This document shows positions 26,502 to 30,749 of a stretch of 30,749 nt of DNA, in pieces. The position numbers and the translations under genes were made by a program. Each line of letters opens with the position of its first letter. Within the stretch, counting starts at the first letter, position 1. Location: positions 1-30,749 of the IMG/VR virus record IMGVR_UViG_3300036783_000019; one strand, 5' to 3'. This stretch comes from a virus (lineage: Duplodnaviria; Caudoviricetes). Under the pieces are notes generated by a model, which saw only the letters and a program-made list of their open reading frames with translations, was not told the DNA's origin and ran no database searches.

Positions 26502-27020
26502 ATGATGTTAATGAAAAATTTCACGGCTGATACTAAGCAACTTGATGGTATTTCCATTATGGCGTTTACCGATGAGGATGGTAACGACTGGTATGACTCA
26601 CAAGTTAAATTCTCAGCTACCAGTTTGAAATTCATGTTTGATGATAAAGGGATCATTGTCGCTGCATCATGGGATGTTTCGATGCTTGCCCCTGAGAATC
26701 TATCGGTTGCAGAAGTTCGCAAAGCCAGTGTCCCGGCGAAATTCTTTGATTCGGGCACGCGCTGGGTTTTTGATGGTAAAAAAATCATGCCATTTGTTTA
26801 TAGCCCGGAAGAATTACAGCAACAGGCAGAGGAAAATCGTGATCGTTTGCTGAGTGAAGCAAAAGAGCAAATCATTGTTCCACAGACCAGATTAATGACC
26901 GGCCGCGCGCTGTCAGATGTGCAATTAAATACGCTGAACGAATGGCTGGATTATATCGAAAAGCTGGAAAGTCTGGACCTCACTGTATTGCCCGTAAACT
27001 GGCCGGAGGCACCGCAGTAA
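26502..27020 (+). CDS. Tail fibre assembly chaperone
   Basis: DEDGNDWYDSQ, DVSMLAP, WVFDG and W..YI..L...VNWPEAP motifs. Confidence 0.88.
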   Translation: MMLMKNFTADTKQLDGISIMAFTDEDGNDWYDSQVKFSATSLKFMFDDKGIIVAASWDVSMLAPENLSVAEVRKASVPAKFFDSGTRWVFDGKKIMPFVYSPEELQQQAEENRDRLLSEAKEQIIVPQTRLMTGRALSDVQLNTLNEWLDYIEKLESLDLTVLPVNWPEAPQ

Positions 27021-27742
27021 TGTGGAAGGAATCGGTTATAAAAATTGCCGATGATATGGCCCCGCTAAGTTGCTCGATCATTCCGGCGCATCCGTGGGTA
27101 TATGGACTGGGCCAGGCCGCTGATTCTGGCGGATATCTCAGCCCGACTAACGCGCTTGCATATCTGGCGGGCAAGCTGGCATCCAGTAGTCTGAGCGGGG
27201 ATGTGATCGTGATGATGGTTGCTGAAAATACCCATGACGTGTTTTTGAAAGCCCTGGGTAACCTCGCAACGGTATTCCCTGCGCCAGTTTTTACCCAGGT
27301 TAGCCGCATGGCCGCAGCGGCGGCCAAACTGAGCACGGTAAAAATGCAATTACCGTCAAAAGTTGCGGCATTGCCTATCGCCGCGCCGTTATCAGTATCA
27401 ACTAACCGGCTTGCAGTTAATGCCCAGCGGGTCGCCGCCGCGAAACTTGCTGCCGCACTGCCTGCCAGTGTCACAGGTCTGCAAAGTCAGATTGCCGGAT
27501 TTATTCAGGAACGGGCAAGCCTGCTGAATTCGTTAAGCGAGTCACTGGATGAATTGAAGGGGGCAAGCGCTGAGATCCTGTCTTTCTCTTATGCCGGCCC
27601 GCATCGCTTTGCCGCCGTGGAGCTACTAAAAAACATTCCCCGCACAACCGCTGTGCATACTGCGGCAATGCTGTTTATTGGTGATTCACTTACTGATTTA
27701 GGAAAAATGATCCATGAGCCAGACCGCGCTACTGGCGCTTAA
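27020..27742 (+). CDS. Conserved tail-region protein of unknown function
   Basis: Start MWKES overlaps the previous stop (TAATG); HPWVYGLGQ...YLSPTNA motif; gene order typical of HP1/K139-like phages. Confidence 0.7.
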   Translation: MWKESVIKIADDMAPLSCSIIPAHPWVYGLGQAADSGGYLSPTNALAYLAGKLASSSLSGDVIVMMVAENTHDVFLKALGNLATVFPAPVFTQVSRMAAAAAKLSTVKMQLPSKVAALPIAAPLSVSTNRLAVNAQRVAAAKLAAALPASVTGLQSQIAGFIQERASLLNSLSESLDELKGASAEILSFSYAGPHRFAAVELLKNIPRTTAVHTAAMLFIGDSLTDLGKMIHEPDRATGA

Positions 27743-28256
27743 CGGCGAAGGGATTACCATGCAAAACATGCTGGTTTCCCCTTCGATGCAATTTCAGGAA
27801 AAGGACCAGTCCGGGCAGACATCGAGCACGACCAATTCCGAGCAGGGCATCAAAGCCAAAGAACTGCGCGTTTCTGGTCTGGTGACGTTTGACGACGAGG
27901 CGGTGTTACAGCGTCTTTTCCAGTTGGCATCCGCAACTGAAACCAGCGGAGCACTGAAAACGTATCGCGTAGCCAATGCTACCGCGACCGCAATCAATTT
28001 CCGTGAAGCTACTTTCACCGGTCAAATTGATGCCGTTCCCCAGGAGGACCGTCTCGCCTGGCAGGTTAGTTTTACCTTGCGCGAAAAAAACAGCGTGCCA
28101 GAAAAGCGTCAGGCGCGTAAAGGCAACGCCACTGCCAGCACCAAGCAAACCGGCGCAGCGGGCGGTAGTGCCACCGCCGCAGCAGACGAGCCAGCCGACA
28201 AAATGAGTTGGTTCGAAGAAAAGGTCCTGAAACCAGTCAACGACGCGCTGGGGTAA
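27714..28256 (+). CDS. Probable baseplate / tube-initiator protein
   Basis: DQSGQTSST...EQGIKAKELRVSG...AWQVSFTLREK.SVPEK motif; precedes the hub-spike gene. Confidence 0.65.
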   Translation: MSQTALLALNGEGITMQNMLVSPSMQFQEKDQSGQTSSTTNSEQGIKAKELRVSGLVTFDDEAVLQRLFQLASATETSGALKTYRVANATATAINFREATFTGQIDAVPQEDRLAWQVSFTLREKNSVPEKRQARKGNATASTKQTGAAGGSATAAADEPADKMSWFEEKVLKPVNDALG

Positions 28257-28259
28257 ATA

Positions 28260-29984
28260 ATGAAACCAATAAAACGCCTTTATCTTTCCAGCGATCATAT
28301 CCACATGGTTGACTGCAATATCGTGCTGGAATTGAACGCCTGCGGGCGCGGCTTCATTACGGCCAGCACTGAAACGGATTACACCGGTAAGGTGGTTCGT
28401 GTGGATGTGGGTTATGACGGATTGGTCCTGCGCTGGTTCACCGGTTACGTTGAGCGGTCCCAGCCTGCGGATAATGGCACATGCCGTTTATTCGTGCGTG
28501 AGCTTGTCGGGGTATTCGATAAGCTGTGGCCGTGCTCTTTCCAGCATCCCACGTTACGGCAGATCACTGACTGGATTACCGAGCAAAGCGGGCTGACCGT
28601 TGCCCCGCCTGCCGGTGCTGCTTATGCGGATAAGCCAATCCCGCACTTTACGCACAGCGGAACCGGATATCAGCTTTTAGCGAGCCTGGGCCGCGCATTC
28701 TCAATAACAGATTACGTCTGGTATCAGTTACCGGACGGCGCGGTCTTCACAGGTGCCGCAGCGGATAGTCTGTTCGCTGGAAAGCCCGTAGAAATCCCGC
28801 ACGAATTTAGCCAGGCATCCGCAGCTGGTAATTCAATGGTTGTGCCGATGATTCAGAGCTTGCGCCCCGGCGTTGAGGTTAACGGCCAGCGCTTAAGCCA
28901 GGTTCAGCTAAACAACGATGATATGACTATCACCTGGTTGCCGCGTAACAAGGCCACCGGAAAACCATTGCAAAAATCCCCCATCCAGCGACAGATTGAA
29001 AGCGCTTATCCAGAACTGGCTTCCGGGCTGCATTTGCCGAAACTCGCCAGGGTTGAAGCCCCAAGCGAAGATGTTTCCGGGGGTGACATCGCAGACCCAT
29101 TCCGCCCGCGTTACGCCGTGGATTTGCAACTGCTGGATGAAAACGGCAACGCGGCAGCCAATACGCCGGTTTATTCTGCTGTACCGCTGCCGGTGCCTAT
29201 GGCGGGCAGTGAGTCGGGAATGTTCCAGTTCCCACCGCCTGGGACACTGGTTGAGGTTGGATTCGTGGAGGGGCGGCAGGATAAGCCGTTCATACGTCAG
29301 ATCATGCCACAGGGGCATAACCTGCCAGCGGTGAAACCAGGTGAACAGTTACAGCAACAGCGCGATGGTGTATCGCAGCGGGTGACCGTCGCCGGTGACT
29401 GGGTGCGCCAGACTGACCAGACGATTAGCGAAACTTCCATGACGCGGGAAGTGACCGCCGATGATGAAAAGCGGAAGCTGGTTGCCCGCGAAACGACAGT
29501 CCAGGCGACGGATAAAACAACCGTGCTGGGAACGGTCACGTTACTGGCTGGCGCGGTTGTTCATATTAGCGAGGGCGATTACAGCATAGGCACGTCCGGC
29601 AATCTGACGGTGACATGCAGCAAGGATAATTCTGTCAGTGTTGGCCAGAACGTAAAACGCGACGTCGGCGGCAAGCTGGAAGACAACATCAAGGGTGAAG
29701 TTGATCTCACCATCGGCGGAGGACTTACAGAGAAAATCACCGGCATAAAAAAAAGCGTTGCCGCCGCGCAGGAGTTGATCGGGGCCTCCGTTAAACTGGG
29801 CAGTGAGACAACTAATGTCCTGACATTGCTGACTGACACCCTGGACGTTGTCCACGAACTGGCACAGATATGCGCGTCGCACACGCACCCAAGCGTTGGA
29901 GCCAGCGGCCAGGCATCGCAGTTCACTGGAACTGCTACGAAAGCGAGCAATTTAAAAGTTAAATACAGCCCCCTGATTGCCTGA
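28260..29984 (+). CDS. Fused baseplate hub and central spike protein
   Basis: Hub-like N-terminus, OB-fold-like FPPPGTLVEVGFVEG, beta-strand repeats and a C-terminal HxH (SHTHP) tip motif. Confidence 0.75.
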   Translation: MKPIKRLYLSSDHIHMVDCNIVLELNACGRGFITASTETDYTGKVVRVDVGYDGLVLRWFTGYVERSQPADNGTCRLFVRELVGVFDKLWPCSFQHPTLRQITDWITEQSGLTVAPPAGAAYADKPIPHFTHSGTGYQLLASLGRAFSITDYVWYQLPDGAVFTGAAADSLFAGKPVEIPHEFSQASAAGNSMVVPMIQSLRPGVEVNGQRLSQVQLNNDDMTITWLPRNKATGKPLQKSPIQRQIESAYPELASGLHLPKLARVEAPSEDVSGGDIADPFRPRYAVDLQLLDENGNAAANTPVYSAVPLPVPMAGSESGMFQFPPPGTLVEVGFVEGRQDKPFIRQIMPQGHNLPAVKPGEQLQQQRDGVSQRVTVAGDWVRQTDQTISETSMTREVTADDEKRKLVARETTVQATDKTTVLGTVTLLAGAVVHISEGDYSIGTSGNLTVTCSKDNSVSVGQNVKRDVGGKLEDNIKGEVDLTIGGGLTEKITGIKKSVAAAQELIGASVKLGSETTNVLTLLTDTLDVVHELAQICASHTHPSVGASGQASQFTGTATKASNLKVKYSPLIA

Positions 29985-30053
29985 CGAAAAGCAGGCGAAA
30001 ACCACCACGTCACCAGACGCCACAGAACGCCCCACATCAAGAGCAAAAACCAC

Positions 30054-30078
30054 AGGCCGACACCGTTCGGCCTTTTTT
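30054..30078 (+). terminator. Intrinsic terminator of the late operon
   Basis: AGGCCGA-CACCGT-TCGGCCT followed by a T-run. Confidence 0.85.
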
Positions 30079-30189
30079 GCGTTCGTTTAACCACGCCCCA
30101 GAGACGAAGCGACAGAGTGCAGACGGAAGCGGATCCGAGACGGAAACGGCGCTACACCGCACCCGCCTGCGGTATTTGGATCATAAAAA

Positions 30190-30526
30190 TTTTGCAAAAG
30201 ATTTTTTGCGCAAAGCAACCCGCCAGCCCGCGCTGTCGCTGGGCTTGTGCGGTCTGCGGGCTCTTGCACGCCGCGCAAAGATTTGCAGCACTTCGCAAAA
30301 GTTGCCGCGTCGGCAGCGCCTAACTGATTGGTTAACCTGATGTTTTTAAAAGGATCGTTTTACTTTCCGTCACGATCAAATCGGCGGGGCGGTTGCCGCC
30401 GTTCGTGGATGGTCAGCGCGGAAAAGTCATGTGCGGCGCGGGCTGGCGGCCTGTTGGCAGGGATTTGGTTTTTGCAAAACACTGCGGGTTAGTTGGTAAA
30501 AAAAGATCTGCGCAGGACGTGCAAAA
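30190..30526. other. Probable cos/packaging region with symmetric repeats
   Basis: Non-coding, between the last tail gene and att as in HP1-like phages. Contains inverted composite repeats, IHF-like sites and a GATCGT-N13-ACGATC dyad. The cut site cannot be identified from sequence alone. Confidence 0.5.
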
Positions 30527-30562
30527 ACCCCCGCAGAATCTCGGGGGTTTTCGTTTGCGTCA

Positions 30563-30600
30563 CGTGGACGCTTTTTCGATGTGTGGACGATGTGTGGACA
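30563..30600 (+). promoter_or_regulatory. Integrase arm-type binding sites
   Basis: CGTGGACG (30563), TGTGGACG (30582) and TGTGGACA (30593). Confidence 0.85.
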
Positions 30601-30650
30601 TCGTTAGAAACAAATCCTTTTGTTTCATGGGATTGCGTCTAATATTAAAA

Positions 30651-30666
30651 CAGCATTGCTGGCTTT
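30651..30666. repeat. att core, tail-proximal junction
   Basis: Identical to 164-179. Confidence 0.92.
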
Positions 30667-30685
30667 TAGTATATACATCATTGCA

Positions 30686-30749
30686 TTACTGGCGACTGTC
30701 ATTTGCCTGACGCAACAGCGTGCGGCTCTCGCTCTGGAAACGCGTCGCG
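30686..30749 (-). CDS. Probable 3' end of an unidentified host gene
   Basis: Frame ...ATRFQSESRTLLRQANDSRQ* ends 19 bp before the att hairpin. Other frames are also open, so the frame is not certain. Confidence 0.3.
   Translation of the reverse strand, partial: ATRFQSESRTLLRQANDSRQ

Larger units (their letters stand above)
164..30666. mobile_element. Complete-looking P2-family prophage (P2-type integration/immunity module, HP1/K139-type virion module); excised circle 30,487 bp
   Basis: Full set of integrase, repressor, cox, gpA, portal, terminase, capsid, contractile tail and lysis genes between 16-bp direct repeats. No obvious broken genes. Confidence 0.96.

Noticed and set aside
30411-30429. 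GGTCAGCGCGGAAAAGTCA as a P2-type 19-bp cos
   Set aside because: Only about 10 of 19 positions match the P2 cohesive end, too weak to call.
29579-30710. ORFs across the right end (171, 87, 63, 68 and 105 aa)
   Set aside because: They cross the terminator, repeats and att site, lack RBS and motifs, and the region is better explained as cis-acting DNA.
1-30749. CRISPR array, tRNA, rRNA, IS element or retron
   Set aside because: No regular repeat-spacer array, cloverleaf, transposase or reverse transcriptase seen by eye.

Overview
The window is almost entirely one apparently complete P2-family (Peduoviridae-like) prophage of about 30.5 kb. It is bounded by a 16-bp direct repeat, CAGCATTGCTGGCTTT (164-179 and 30651-30666), which lies inside a host terminator-like hairpin just upstream of a host SMP-30/gluconolactonase-family gene. 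The early region is P2/186-type (int, C, cox, fil-like, B-like, dam, rolling-circle gpA with ori). The virion region is HP1/K139-type (ogr behind the portal, DUF2586-type sheath, DUF2597-type tube, lysis genes inside the tail operon, fused hub-spike as last gene, probable cos next to att). Two accessory loci stand out as candidate anti-phage or lysogenic-conversion systems. The first is an AT-rich stand-alone KAP-family P-loop NTPase in the known gpA-portal hotspot. The second is a two-gene cassette between int and attL: an uncalled 54-codon ORF with tandem hairpins, overlapping a 109-aa EACC1-like membrane protein. Other points of interest: a Dam with a Cys4 tail coupled to an orphan ParE/RelE-like ORF, a symmetric GATC-rich putative packaging region, possible promoter replacement at att, and a -1 frameshift tail chaperone. 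All family assignments come from recognising motifs by eye; no database searches were run.
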